The position numbers were made by a program, and so were the translations under genes. A stretch of DNA of 64,000 nucleotides from an uncultured Candidatus Saccharibacteria bacterium. GTDB taxonomy: Bacteria; Patescibacteriota; Minisyncoccia; UBA6257; WO2-44-18. Under the pieces are notes generated by a model that worked only from the letters and a program-made list of their open reading frames with translations, was not told the origin of the DNA and searched no databases. Shown here in pieces: positions 1-9,249 of the stretch. Position 1 is the stretch's first letter. Every line of letters starts with the position of its first letter. The stretch is taken from contig CAZWVU010000004.1 of NCBI GenBank assembly GCA_964637575.1, forward strand, positions 14,788 through 78,787, in the 5' to 3' direction.

Positions 1-81
1 CAGCTGATGCAGGACCTGGACTGGGTGAACCAGTATATCGAAAAAGAAGTGCGGGATATCGACCGCCTGCTCGGGGCGTAA
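1..81 (+). CDS. 3' end of an upstream gene (partial); product unknown
   Basis: Open frame from the window edge to TAA at 79-81. Only 26 codons are visible. Confidence 0.3.
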   Translation, partial: QLMQDLDWVNQYIEKEVRDIDRLLGA

Positions 82-82
82 C

Positions 83-2446
83 ATGCCAAAACGAGAAACA
101 GCCCTGAAATACATCATCCGGGGGATCATCTTCCTCGCGGTGTATTTCGCCGCGGGAAAATTCGGGCTGTCGCTCGCCGTCGCGACCAAGCAGGTGACGA
201 CGGTGTGGCCGCCGACGGGGATCGCCCTCGCATTCCTCCTGCTGTTCGGCGAATGGCACTGGCCGGCGGTTTTTATCGGGGCGTTTCTGGTGAATATCAC
301 CGCGCACGAGCCGGCGCTCGCGGCGCTCGGCATCGCCATCGGCAACACGCTGGAAGCGCTGCTCGGCGCCTATCTCGCGCGGAAGGTGGCCGGGTTGGAA
401 AAATCGATCCGGCGGCTGAAGGACGCGGTGGGATTCACGGCATTCGGCGTGCTCTTCGGGCCGGCGGTGAGTGCCACCTTCGGGGCACTGACGCTGGCAT
501 GGGCAGGGCTGGCGGACTGGCAGGCGCTCGGCTCAGTCTGGATTACCTGGCTGGTCGGGGACGCGATGGGCGCCCTCGTGGTGGCACCGCTGATCCTTTC
601 GTTCGCGGACGAGAAGAATCAGAATCTCTTCCGGAAAAAGCCGGTGGAAACCTTCGCGCTGTTCGGCCTGCTGGTGCTCGCCAGCCTGTTTGTGTTCACC
701 ACGCGGACGGGCGATTCGCTGATCACCGGCCAGCTGAAATTCCTCGTGTTTCCGTTTCTCCTCTGGGCGGCGCTGGCCTTCAGCCAGCTGGGGGTGTCCA
801 TCGCCCTCCTGCTGATTACCGGCATTGCGATCACCGGCACTATTTTCGGACTGGGTCCCTTTATGGGAACGGCGGCGGTGGTTGAGCAGAACCTGATCCT
901 GCTCCAGATTTTCATGTTCACGGCCGGCGTGTCCGGATTGCTGCTCGCCGCGGCGGTGGAGGAGCGTGACGCGGCGCGGGGGGAGGCGGTGGAAGGCGAA
1001 CGCCGTTACCGCCAGCTCGTGGAGCTTTCTCCGGACGCGATGTTCATTGAACGCGCCGGCCGGTTCGTGTTCGTGAACAGCGCCACGCTGAAACTGTTCG
1101 GCGCCCGGCATCAGGACGATCTGCTGGGGCAGAATGTGGCCGACTTCATCCATCCGGATTACCTCCAGCCCAAGATGGAACGGCTGCGCGCGCTGGCTGA
1201 ACGCAAAAGACCCGTGCCGCTGGTGGAGGAAAAAATTCTCCGGCTGGACGGCCTGCCGGTGGACGTGGAAACGGCCTCAACCTGGCTTATATATAAGGGA
1301 AATCCGGCGGTGCAGGTGATCATGCGGGACATCCGCGAACGGAAAGATGCGGAGCGGAGACTGCGCATTTCCATGGAGAGCGTGGAGCGGGAGCGGGCGA
1401 AAGACGAAGCGCTCCTGGAGAGTATTGCCGAAGGCGTGGTGGCGATCGATACGGTCGGCCGCGTCATTTATATCAACGATCAGGCGGAGGAACTTTTCGG
1501 TTTCACGGAGCGCGAACTGCTGGGGAAGGTGTTTAATGAAATCGTTCCCGCCGAGGATGAAAAAGGTGTCCTTATTCCGATCAGCCGGCGCGCGCTTTCG
1601 CTCGCGGTGGCGACGAAGAAGCGCTCGCCGCTCGCCGCCGATTTCATTATCCGGAAGGACCGGACGAAGGTGCCGGTTCACGCCACCGCGTCGCCAGTGA
1701 TCCTCGAGGGCCGGGTGGTGGGCGCAATCGGCACGTACCGCGATATCACCAAAGAAAAAGAAATTGAGCGGGCCAAGAGCGAGTTTGTCTCAGTCGCGTC
1801 GCACCAGCTCCGCTCGCCGCTCACCGCCTTCAAGTGGGTGATTGAACTTTTGCGCAAAGAAAAAGTGAACCGGAGCGTGCGGACGAAAATTGAGTATCTC
1901 TACAAGTCCAACGATCGCCTGATCACGCTCGTGAACGATCTTTTAAGCGTGTCCCGCATCGAGGTCGGCACGGCGATGGTGAACAAGCAGCCATCCGACG
2001 TGAAGGGGCTGATCGGAAACGTGATCGGAGTGCTCACCCCGGACGCCGAAGCCAAAAAAGTGACGGTGCGCGTCCAGGCGAAGATTGACGTGATCAAGAG
2101 CGTGATCGATCCCAACCTTTTTTCCGAAGCGTTCAAAAATATCCTGGATAACGCGATCTGGTACGGCCCGCCGTCGTCGGAAGTGAAAGTGATGATCGAC
2201 CAGCGCGGCAAGGAATATCTGATCAGCGTCCACAATGCCGGCCCGTCCATTCTGGAAAAAGACAAGCCGAAGCTGTTTACGAAATTTTACCGCGGCACGG
2301 GTGCCGCCGATCAGAAGCCGACCGGCAGCGGACTCGGGCTTTTCATTGCGAAATCAGCCATCGAATCCAACGGAGGGAAAATCTGGTTTGAATCGGCCGC
2401 CGGGCGGGGGACGACGTTTTATTTTACGGTACCGATCACCGCCTGA
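83..2446 (+). CDS. Sensor histidine kinase: N-terminal polytopic MASE1-like membrane domain, two PAS domains, HisKA, HATPase_c
   Basis: 787-aa ORF. Hydrophobic N-terminal ~290 aa. PAS-like segments. H-box SHQLRSPL. C-terminal GSGLGL ATP-lid motif. TGA stop. Confidence 0.85.
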   Translation: MPKRETALKYIIRGIIFLAVYFAAGKFGLSLAVATKQVTTVWPPTGIALAFLLLFGEWHWPAVFIGAFLVNITAHEPALAALGIAIGNTLEALLGAYLARKVAGLEKSIRRLKDAVGFTAFGVLFGPAVSATFGALTLAWAGLADWQALGSVWITWLVGDAMGALVVAPLILSFADEKNQNLFRKKPVETFALFGLLVLASLFVFTTRTGDSLITGQLKFLVFPFLLWAALAFSQLGVSIALLLITGIAITGTIFGLGPFMGTAAVVEQNLILLQIFMFTAGVSGLLLAAAVEERDAARGEAVEGERRYRQLVELSPDAMFIERAGRFVFVNSATLKLFGARHQDDLLGQNVADFIHPDYLQPKMERLRALAERKRPVPLVEEKILRLDGLPVDVETASTWLIYKGNPAVQVIMRDIRERKDAERRLRISMESVERERAKDEALLESIAEGVVAIDTVGRVIYINDQAEELFGFTERELLGKVFNEIVPAEDEKGVLIPISRRALSLAVATKKRSPLAADFIIRKDRTKVPVHATASPVILEGRVVGAIGTYRDITKEKEIERAKSEFVSVASHQLRSPLTAFKWVIELLRKEKVNRSVRTKIEYLYKSNDRLITLVNDLLSVSRIEVGTAMVNKQPSDVKGLIGNVIGVLTPDAEAKKVTVRVQAKIDVIKSVIDPNLFSEAFKNILDNAIWYGPPSSEVKVMIDQRGKEYLISVHNAGPSILEKDKPKLFTKFYRGTGAADQKPTGSGLGLFIAKSAIESNGGKIWFESAAGRGTTFYFTVPITA

Positions 2447-2464
2447 TGTGCTACTATTAAACCC

Positions 2465-2848
2465 ATGACCAAGAAACAGACAATATTTGTGGTGGAAGAC
2501 GAGGAAATTCTCGCCAATTCGATCCGGGAATATTTACAGGGCAAGGGCTATCTCGTGGAAGTGGCGAACAACGGCGCCGAGGCGATCAAAATGATGCCCT
2601 CCGTCCGCCCCGACCTGATTGTGCTCGACATCGTCCTGCCCGAAGTGAATGGGGTGACGTTTCTGAAAGAAATCCAGAAGGCGGATTCGGAATTCAAGGA
2701 TGTCCACGTGCTCGTGCTCACCAACCTGCCGGGCGATCTGGAAAGTTTCCGCGCGATGGGCGTGAATGCCGACGGGTATTTCGTGAAGGCGAATACCAAG
2801 CTGGAAGAACTCGCGAAGAATATTAAAGCGACGTTAGGTAAGAAATAG
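2465..2848 (+). CDS. Stand-alone response regulator receiver (CheY-like)
   Basis: 127 aa with VVEDEE...DLIVLDIVLPEVNG...KA receiver motifs. Immediately downstream of the kinase. Confidence 0.85.
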   Translation: MTKKQTIFVVEDEEILANSIREYLQGKGYLVEVANNGAEAIKMMPSVRPDLIVLDIVLPEVNGVTFLKEIQKADSEFKDVHVLVLTNLPGDLESFRAMGVNADGYFVKANTKLEELAKNIKATLGKK

Positions 2849-3632
2849 CGTTTCCCACGTTCCGCGGTTTTTTCCCTTCGTACTGAATCGTTTCCGCGTC
2901 CAGCATTTTTATCCTTTTCCCGCCGATGACGGTGTAGACTCCCGGCTCCGGATTGAGCGCCCGGATCTTCCGCGCCAGCGTTCCGGGATCTTCTTTGGCA
3001 ATATCCACGAATCCGTCCGCGCTTTTAAATTTTTTCGTGAAGGTGGCTTCCGCTTCGTTTTGCGTGAGGGGATCCACGCTTCCCGCGGCGAATTTCGGCA
3101 GAATCTCCGCCAGCAGGTCGCCGGACACGTCTGCCAATTTTTCCATCAGGGTTTCATAGGTATCGCGGTTCACGATCGCCGTCACGCGCTGCGCGAGGAT
3201 GGCGCCGTGATCCACCTGCTCATCCAGCAGGAAAAGCGTGGTGCCGGTCTCGGCTTCGCCGGCGAGGATCGCGCTCTGGATCGGCGTGGTACCGCGGTAT
3301 TTGGGAAGCAGGGAAGGGTGGACGCCGACCATTCCCAGCCGCGGAAGTTTCAAGATCTCATTGGGAAGGATCTTGGCGTAAGCGGCGACGACAGCGAAAT
3401 CCATTCCGGCAATTTTCAATTTAAAATTTTCAATTTTCAGGTCATCCGGCTGGAGCACTTCAATCTTGTGCTTTTCTGCGACCACTTTTGCCGGCGGGGG
3501 AGTTATCACCTGCCTGCGTCCGACCGGCTTGTCGGGATTACAGACCACCAGCGCGGGAGGCGTGCCGGCTTTGATCAACTTTCCCAGAATGATGGCGGCG
3601 AACTTGGGGGTGCCGAAGAAAGCGTAATGCAT
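2823..3632 (-). CDS. fmt: Methionyl-tRNA formyltransferase
   Basis: 269 aa with formyltransferase N-terminal and C-terminal domain motifs (FFGTP...VVCNPDKP, HPSLLPKYRG). Adjacent to def. Confidence 0.9.
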   Translation of the reverse strand: MHYAFFGTPKFAAIILGKLIKAGTPPALVVCNPDKPVGRRQVITPPPAKVVAEKHKIEVLQPDDLKIENFKLKIAGMDFAVVAAYAKILPNEILKLPRLGMVGVHPSLLPKYRGTTPIQSAILAGEAETGTTLFLLDEQVDHGAILAQRVTAIVNRDTYETLMEKLADVSGDLLAEILPKFAAGSVDPLTQNEAEATFTKKFKSADGFVDIAKEDPGTLARKIRALNPEPGVYTVIGGKRIKMLDAETIQYEGKKPRNVGNAISYLTSL

Positions 3633-3749
3633 AATTTTAAATTCTAAATTTTAAATTTGAAATGAATAACCTAATTCTTAAATGTTTTAAAAAACATTGA
3701 GTCATTTAAAATTGATTGAAAATTAAAAATTGTAAATTTCAAATTCGTT

Positions 3750-4229
3750 TTATTTAACTACTGGCACCCGCTCCACCTGCCTTGCTTTATCGATAAAAAG
3801 CTTCCCGTTCAGATGGTCGACTTCATGCTGGAAGACGCGGGCGAGCAAGCCCCAGGCTTTGATTTTCAGCGCCTTGCCGTTCTGATCCTGTCCTTTCAGC
3901 ACGAGGCGCGCGGGACGGTCGACCGCGCCGTACACGCCCGGAATGCTCAAGCAGCCTTCATCCATCGACGCGGTTTCTTTGGAAAGCTGGGTGAGTTCGG
4001 GATTGAACACCGCGTAAAATTTATTCTCCACTTTGGCGACAAACACCTTGATATTCAATCCGATTTGGTTCGCGGAGAGACCGATGCCGTCCGCCTGCTG
4101 CATCATCTGGCGCATGGTTTTCACCAGCTCGCGGATTTCTTTTTTGCCGTACGTTGAAAAATCAAAATGCGCAGTGGGCGTGCGCAGGAATTTCTCATCT
4201 TTTTTCTCCGCGGTGGTAACTATTTTCAT
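3750..4229 (-). CDS. def: Peptide deformylase
   Basis: GIGLSANQIG, EGCLS and HEVDHLNG motifs. The true start is probably the internal MKIV, because the upstream ATG lies inside the ATGTGTGGGAT repeat. Confidence 0.9.
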   Translation of the reverse strand: MKIVTTAEKKDEKFLRTPTAHFDFSTYGKKEIRELVKTMRQMMQQADGIGLSANQIGLNIKVFVAKVENKFYAVFNPELTQLSKETASMDEGCLSIPGVYGAVDRPARLVLKGQDQNGKALKIKAWGLLARVFQHEVDHLNGKLFIDKARQVERVPVVK

Positions 4230-4524
4230 CCCACACATAACTTACGCCTGAAGGCTATCGCGAAGACGTTCTTTTAATCTTCGCAATCCCTGGGCGTGAA
4301 GTTTTAATGATTTCTCTCGACTATAGGCATCGCTTTTGGAGCGATAGCCTTCAAAGTATACCAGCTTCCAAGGTAGATATTTTGAGGTGAATTCTGAATC
4401 ACCCTCATTATGTTGAGTTAACCGCTTAGGTAGATCATTGGTGCATCCAATGTAAGTAATGCCGTGCTTCACTGATTTGAGGAGATAGACGTAATGCATG
4501 ATTAGCGTAAGTTATGTGTGGGAT
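4228..4524. repeat. Perfect 20-bp inverted repeat pair (ATCCCACACATAACTTACGC at 4228-4247, GCGTAAGTTATGTGTGGGAT at 4505-4524) enclosing the GIY-YIG gene
   Basis: The sequences are exact reverse complements. The left copy contains the GIY-YIG stop codon. The right copy abuts its start codon. Confidence 0.9.
4242..4499 (-). CDS. Small GIY-YIG nuclease-family protein (YhbQ/URI-like)
   Basis: 85 aa: YVYLLKS...YIGCTNDLPKRLTQHN...YFE matches the GIY-YIG fold. The ORF is exactly bracketed by a 20-bp perfect inverted repeat. Confidence 0.8.
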   Translation of the reverse strand: MHYVYLLKSVKHGITYIGCTNDLPKRLTQHNEGDSEFTSKYLPWKLVYFEGYRSKSDAYSREKSLKLHAQGLRRLKERLRDSLQA

Positions 4525-4527
4525 TCA

Positions 4528-4821
4528 TTATTTCTTCGTTTTTTTCGTTTTGGCCTTCCGCCTGCCTTTCAGGACTCTCATAAAATAGGCGCCCTTGCGG
4601 GTGATGTCCTTTTTTTCGGCGACCGATTTGGCGATGGTCATTACCGTGTGGTCGCCGAGCTGTTTCGCGAGCTTCATATAAAGCCCCTTGTGCTCCTGGT
4701 CATCTAAAATAGAAGCAATTTCGAGCCCTGTCAATTGATACGATTTGGTGATCTTTGATTTGTTTCCCCGGCGTTTCAGTTCATCAAAGTATTCCTTACT
4801 GGATTTAGGAAGCGGACGCAT
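4528..4821 (-). CDS. Hypothetical small basic protein
   Basis: 97-aa ORF with a Lys-rich C-terminus. No recognisable motif. An alternative + strand ORF overlaps it. Confidence 0.35.
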   Translation of the reverse strand: MRPLPKSSKEYFDELKRRGNKSKITKSYQLTGLEIASILDDQEHKGLYMKLAKQLGDHTVMTIAKSVAEKKDITRKGAYFMRVLKGRRKAKTKKTKK

Positions 4822-4837
4822 ATTATCATTGTATCAA

Positions 4838-5404
4838 ATGACGAAAAAGCGCCTTTTCATCGCCATCAATCTTCCCGAACGGATCACGCGCCCGCTTCAA
4901 AAAGAAATCGAGACAATTCAGGAAACCATTGATCCGGGCATCCGGTTTTTGAGCCGGCACACCTGGCACATCACGGTAGCGTTCCTCGGGCAGCAGTCGG
5001 CGGACGATATCAATGCCATTAATAATGTGGTTGCCGACGTCGCGTCACGCTTCGAACCGCCCTCCATCCAGTTCGACAGGATTACCTACGGGCCGGTCGG
5101 ACGCACGCCCCGGATGATCTGGCTCGTAGCCGACCGCGCCACCTCGGAGCGGATTGCCGCGATGAAATCGGAACTGGAGCGCGGGCTGTTTGAAGCGGGG
5201 ATCCAATTTGAGCAGGAGCACCGGCAGTTCCATGCCCACCTGACGCTGGCGCGTTTTGCCGCATTCAACCGCGAATCGCTTGCGCCGCTGGACGTTCCGT
5301 TCCGGCACAGTTATGAGGCGCCGGCGCTTGAGGTGATGGAGTCGCATTCGCAGCGGGGAGACGCCGAGTATGAAATCCTTGCCTCGTATAATTTTTCCGA
5401 GTAA
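4838..5404 (+). CDS. thpR: RNA 2',3'-cyclic phosphodiesterase / 2'-5' RNA ligase family (LigT/ThpR)
   Basis: Two H-x-T/S-x motifs (HITVAF, HLTLAR). ~188 aa from the ATG at 4838. Confidence 0.75.
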   Translation: MTKKRLFIAINLPERITRPLQKEIETIQETIDPGIRFLSRHTWHITVAFLGQQSADDINAINNVVADVASRFEPPSIQFDRITYGPVGRTPRMIWLVADRATSERIAAMKSELERGLFEAGIQFEQEHRQFHAHLTLARFAAFNRESLAPLDVPFRHSYEAPALEVMESHSQRGDAEYEILASYNFSE

Positions 5405-5414
5405 GATTAAGAAA

Positions 5415-6650
5415 ATGTTTCTTAAGAAGCCCATTACCATATGGATCAGCGGCGCGCTTGTCTCGCTGTTGCTAATCGGCGGTTCGCTTTTCGCCGGCTA
5501 CCGGCTGGGCGAGCAGCATCCCGAGGTGGTCACGGTGAAAAACGTCACCAACACCGACGACCCGTCCGTCAGCGCGGATTTCGGTTTGTTCTGGCAGGTG
5601 TGGCACAAACTCAAGGATTATCATATCGACGGCAACAGCATTCCCGACAAGCAGATGGTCTATGGCGCGGTGGCCGGGCTGGTGGATTCGCTCAAGGATC
5701 CTTACACGGTGTTTTTCCCGCCGGCAGAAGCGAAAAAATTCGAGCAGGACGTGAAAGGAAACTTCGGCGGCATCGGCGCCGAAATCGGCATCCGCGACGA
5801 TGTGGTGACCGTGATCGCGCCGCTCAAGGATTCCCCGGCGGAAAAAGCGGGCTTGCGGGCGAAGGACAAAGTCCTCGCCATTGACGGAGCGCCGACCGAC
5901 GGGCTGGGCGTGAATGACGCGGTGGGCAGGATCCGCGGCGAGATCGGCACGAAAGTGACGCTTACCATCTTCCGCGCCGGCTGGGACAAACCGAAGGATT
6001 TTGTGATTGTCCGCGACGAGATCCGCGTGCCGACGATTGATTCGGACGTGAAGGACGGCATCCTCGACGTGAAGTTCTACGCATTTAACCAGAACGCGCC
6101 CCAGCAGTTCTATAACGCGATCGTCAACGGGGCCAACAAGGGCGCCCGGGGGATGGTGCTGGATATGCGTAACAATCCGGGCGGCTATCTGGACGTCGCG
6201 GTGTATCTCGCCGGCTGGTTCCTGCAGAAAGGCGCCACGGTGGTTACCGAGCACGTCCGCAGCGGGCAGGACACCGTCTATACCGCCGACGGCAACGCCG
6301 CGCTCAAGGATTTTCCGGTGGTGCTGCTGCTCAACGGCGGATCCGCGTCCGCGTCTGAAATTCTCGCCGGCGCGCTCCGTGACGACCGCAGCATCAAGAT
6401 CGTGGGCGAAAAATCGTTCGGAAAGGGGACGGTGCAGGAGGTCCAGGACCTCAAGGACGGCTCCACGCTGAAGATCACCATCGCCAAATGGCTGACGCCG
6501 AGCGGCCTCACGATCGACAAGAACGGCCTTGTGCCGGACTATGAAGTAAAGCTGACCGATGACGACGTGAAGAATGACCGGGATCCCCAGCTGGACCGGG
6601 CGATGCAGGTGATCCAGTCGATTGTGGCGAGCAGCACGCCTTCCCAGTAG
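5415..6650 (+). CDS. ctpA: C-terminal processing peptidase (S41) with PDZ domain
   Basis: N-terminal TM segment. PDZ-like GIGAEIG...VIAPLKDSPAEKAGL. S41 core GGSASASEILAGAL...KGTVQ. Confidence 0.85.
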   Translation: MFLKKPITIWISGALVSLLLIGGSLFAGYRLGEQHPEVVTVKNVTNTDDPSVSADFGLFWQVWHKLKDYHIDGNSIPDKQMVYGAVAGLVDSLKDPYTVFFPPAEAKKFEQDVKGNFGGIGAEIGIRDDVVTVIAPLKDSPAEKAGLRAKDKVLAIDGAPTDGLGVNDAVGRIRGEIGTKVTLTIFRAGWDKPKDFVIVRDEIRVPTIDSDVKDGILDVKFYAFNQNAPQQFYNAIVNGANKGARGMVLDMRNNPGGYLDVAVYLAGWFLQKGATVVTEHVRSGQDTVYTADGNAALKDFPVVLLLNGGSASASEILAGALRDDRSIKIVGEKSFGKGTVQEVQDLKDGSTLKITIAKWLTPSGLTIDKNGLVPDYEVKLTDDDVKNDRDPQLDRAMQVIQSIVASSTPSQ

Positions 6651-6660
6651 TCTCCTCCTT

Positions 6661-6763
6661 CGCCAGGACGTCGGGCTACAATCCTGTCTGCGGGAAGAAG
6701 GTATGCTCGTCTTCTGTTCTTCTCCTCGCCAGGACGTCGGGCTACAATCCTGTCTGCGGGAAG
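6661..6763 (+). repeat. Two copies of a 37-nt dispersed repeat (CGCCAGGACGTCGGGCTACAATCCTGTCTGCGGGAAG at 6661-6697 and 6727-6763) separated by 29 nt
   Basis: Exact 37-nt duplication. The same unit recurs at 14038-14074 and 25635-25671. A terminator hairpin follows at ~6796-6826. Confidence 0.85.
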
Positions 6764-6821
6764 AACAGAAGACTTCGCTTTTATTTTTTTTGTGTGGAAA
6801 AAACCGCCGGCATGGGCGGTT

Positions 6822-7148
6822 TTAGTTTTGGGAGGGTTTGGCAAGATCGTTGACCACGTTTTCCTTGCGCTTCTGTTCGGATTTGTACTGCAGCGCGAAG
6901 AGACGGAGCGGCCGGATTTCTTCCTCGCTTCCTTCCAGCGCATGACAATCAATCCGTCCTTCCGAATCGTCGGCGTAGGCGAGCAGAATCACTCCCGGTT
7001 TGGAAATGTCCATGAACGAGCGGCGCGCGCCGCGGTGGTCAATGCAGGCGATAATCGCGGCCCGGGCGGCATCCGCGTCCAGCGGGCGCTTTTCCAGATC
7101 CTTGGTGGTGTCGTCCTTTTCTATTGAAAACGTACGGAGAATGATCAT
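6822..7148 (-). CDS. Hypothetical acidic protein
   Basis: 108-aa ORF divergent from rpmA. Weak resemblance to small regulatory proteins. No firm motif. Confidence 0.4.
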   Translation of the reverse strand: MIILRTFSIEKDDTTKDLEKRPLDADAARAAIIACIDHRGARRSFMDISKPGVILLAYADDSEGRIDCHALEGSEEEIRPLRLFALQYKSEQKRKENVVNDLAKPSQN

Positions 7149-7161
7149 AGCAGTCCTTTCG

Positions 7162-7191
7162 TTGACAATGAGCGTATTCCTGTACTATACT
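7162..7191 (+). promoter_or_regulatory. Sigma70-like promoter upstream of rpmA
   Basis: TTGACA (7162-7167), 18-bp spacer, TATACT (7186-7191). ~25 nt before the rpmA start. Confidence 0.45.
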
Positions 7192-7214
7192 CTTTTTATT
7201 AAATTTTTTAAGCT

Positions 7215-7499
7215 ATGGCACACACTAAATCAGGCGGTTCGACCCGGTTAGGACGCGATTCGGAGTCCAAACGCCTCGGCATAAAAGTAAACGAGAAAGA
7301 AGCCGTAAAAACCGGCGAAATTATTGTCCGCCAGCGCGGCAGCCATGTCCTTCCGGGCGCCAATGTCGCCCAGGGCGGCGATGACACGCTCTACGCGATT
7401 AAAACCGGCGTAGTGAAATTCACGGACGTGAAAAAAACACGTTTTGACGGCACCCGCCGTTACGTCAAGAAAGTCCACGTCATTACTCCGCAGAAATAG
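7215..7499 (+). CDS. rpmA: 50S ribosomal protein L27
   Basis: [16 protein letters not shown]...QRG is the typical L27 N-terminus. Confidence 0.95.
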   Translation: MAHTKSGGSTRLGRDSESKRLGIKVNEKEAVKTGEIIVRQRGSHVLPGANVAQGGDDTLYAIKTGVVKFTDVKKTRFDGTRRYVKKVHVITPQK

Positions 7500-7908
7500 A
7501 AATTTTCGCGATTCCCCTCACTCCCTTCCCGAAATCAACCGGCACCTCATGCGTGCCGGTTTTTCGCAGCGGTTTTTCCAGGCCGATCCTCACTTCGCCA
7601 TATCCTTTGGCGGCCAGCGTTTTCCGGATATCTTCGGCGGTTACCGATCCGAACACTTCGCCCTTAGCACCTGCCTTCACGCGGAATTCCAGGACGTCTT
7701 TCTTGAGCTGCGCGGCGCGCTTGGCATAGCCGTCGATCAGCGCTTTCTCTCCGGCGTCGATGTGCGCTTTCATTTTCATCGCTCCCTCGTCCGCGGGCAC
7801 CGCCAGCTTCCGCGCGAAAAGAAAATTCCGCGCGTAGCCGTCGGCGACTTCCTTCACCTCATTTTTCTTTCCTATTTTTTTAACATCCTGCAATAACAGA
7901 ACTTTCAT
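7483..7908 (-). CDS. rplI: 50S ribosomal protein L9
   Basis: [30 protein letters not shown] is the L9 N-domain signature. 141 aa. Confidence 0.9.
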   Translation of the reverse strand: MKVLLLQDVKKIGKKNEVKEVADGYARNFLFARKLAVPADEGAMKMKAHIDAGEKALIDGYAKRAAQLKKDVLEFRVKAGAKGEVFGSVTAEDIRKTLAAKGYGEVRIGLEKPLRKTGTHEVPVDFGKGVRGIAKISISAE

Positions 7909-7920
7909 AAGAATAATTGT

Positions 7921-9183
7921 CTATCCGAGACGGTCATTTTGTATGAAGGTAAGGAGTGCCTTGAACCAGAGCCGGATTGCCCGCCAGAACGGCATGATGG
8001 AAAGCAGATAGTTGAGCTCCACCAGTCCTTTGAGCGCCCATCCGGCGAATCCGGAAATAATAAACGGCCCCAGTTTCGCCACCGCCCACTTTCCGCCCAC
8101 CGGCACCACGTAGGGATACTCCGACGCCCGGTACTCGCGGTGGCGGGGATCGCCGGTAATATCGCACCAGACATTGTGAGCCGCCACGTCCGCCTGGGAG
8201 ATGGCCGCGCGCGCCACGCCGGGGACCGGCCGGCCGGTTGTGGGATCGGTGAAACAGATCGCGTCGCCGATGCCGTAGACTTTGCCGTAAAGATTGAGAT
8301 CCGGCGTTTGGGGAAGGCAGCGCATTTGATTTTCCACCTCCACGCGCCCGCGTTTCTCCAGCCTCAACGGCAGGTTGGCCATGAGCGAAGCCGCCTTCAC
8401 GCCGCCGGTCCAGATCAGCAGGTCATACGGCAATTCGCTGCCGCCGGCGAGCAGTATTTTTTCGGGGGCGACTTTGGCAATCGCCTGATCGGTGATGATT
8501 TCCGTGCCGAGCCCTTTCAGGCGGCCCTGGATTTTTTCAACAATAAGTCCGGGAAAGCCGAGCATCAGCGACGGTCCCGCTTCCACGAGCGTGACCCTTA
8601 CCCGGCAGCCGGGAAACTGGTCCGCCAGCTCCGCGAACCATTCCTGGATCTCCCCCGCGAGCTCCACGCCGGTCGAGCCGCCGCCGCCCACCACGATCCG
8701 GACGTCTTTTTTTTGCTGGACCGCCTCCAGCACCGCGTCGCGGATTTTCAGCGAGTCGACGAAGGTTTTGAGTGTGAGCGAATGTTCTTTCAGTCCGGGA
8801 ATATCAAAATAATTCGTTTCGGAACCGAGTGCCAGAATGAGATGGTCGGGGCGGAGCACCCGGCCGTTCACTAGATTCACGTAGCCGTCCTGGAGATCGA
8901 GCGACTGCACTTCCGACTGGATAAATTCCACGCCCATCGGCGCCACAATCGTTTCCACCGGAAAGGTGACCAAGCTTTTGATGTCGGAGTAATTCGCCGT
9001 TTCCTTCGAGGTGGTGGCCGATTCGTACAGCGTCGGCGTGTAGGTGTGATAGGCGTTGCGGTCAACTAGCACCAGTTCGCAGTGTTCCATGCCGCTCCGG
9101 CGGATTTTTTTCGCGAGCACAATGGCCGCGCGGAGACCGCCGAATCCGGCGCCGAGAATGACAATGGTGTTCTTCCGGTTCAT
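7921..9183 (-). CDS. ndh: Type II NADH dehydrogenase / FAD-dependent pyridine nucleotide-disulfide oxidoreductase
   Basis: N-terminal GAGFGG Rossmann motif and a second VVGGGGSTGVE motif. 420 aa. Confidence 0.8.
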   Translation of the reverse strand: MNRKNTIVILGAGFGGLRAAIVLAKKIRRSGMEHCELVLVDRNAYHTYTPTLYESATTSKETANYSDIKSLVTFPVETIVAPMGVEFIQSEVQSLDLQDGYVNLVNGRVLRPDHLILALGSETNYFDIPGLKEHSLTLKTFVDSLKIRDAVLEAVQQKKDVRIVVGGGGSTGVELAGEIQEWFAELADQFPGCRVRVTLVEAGPSLMLGFPGLIVEKIQGRLKGLGTEIITDQAIAKVAPEKILLAGGSELPYDLLIWTGGVKAASLMANLPLRLEKRGRVEVENQMRCLPQTPDLNLYGKVYGIGDAICFTDPTTGRPVPGVARAAISQADVAAHNVWCDITGDPRHREYRASEYPYVVPVGGKWAVAKLGPFIISGFAGWALKGLVELNYLLSIMPFWRAIRLWFKALLTFIQNDRLG

Positions 9184-9249
9184 TATTCATTAGTTTATCA
9201 TCTCCGCCGGAAGTTTGCTTCACGCGGTCGGCAATGAGATAATAAGAAC

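Noticed and set aside
205-2265. Multiple long overlapping ORFs on both strands inside the histidine kinase gene (e.g. 205..885 +, 533..1153 −, 1277..1681 −)
   Set aside because: They are GC-rich frame artefacts with low-complexity, Arg/Gly-rich translations, fully overlapped by a well-supported 787-aa kinase.
6661-6763. Mini CRISPR array: two identical 37-nt repeats with a 29-nt spacer
   Set aside because: Only two units are present and no cas genes are in the window. The same 37-mer occurs as solitary copies at 14038 and 25635, each embedded in a locus-specific complementary stem. That pattern fits a dispersed structured repeat better than CRISPR.
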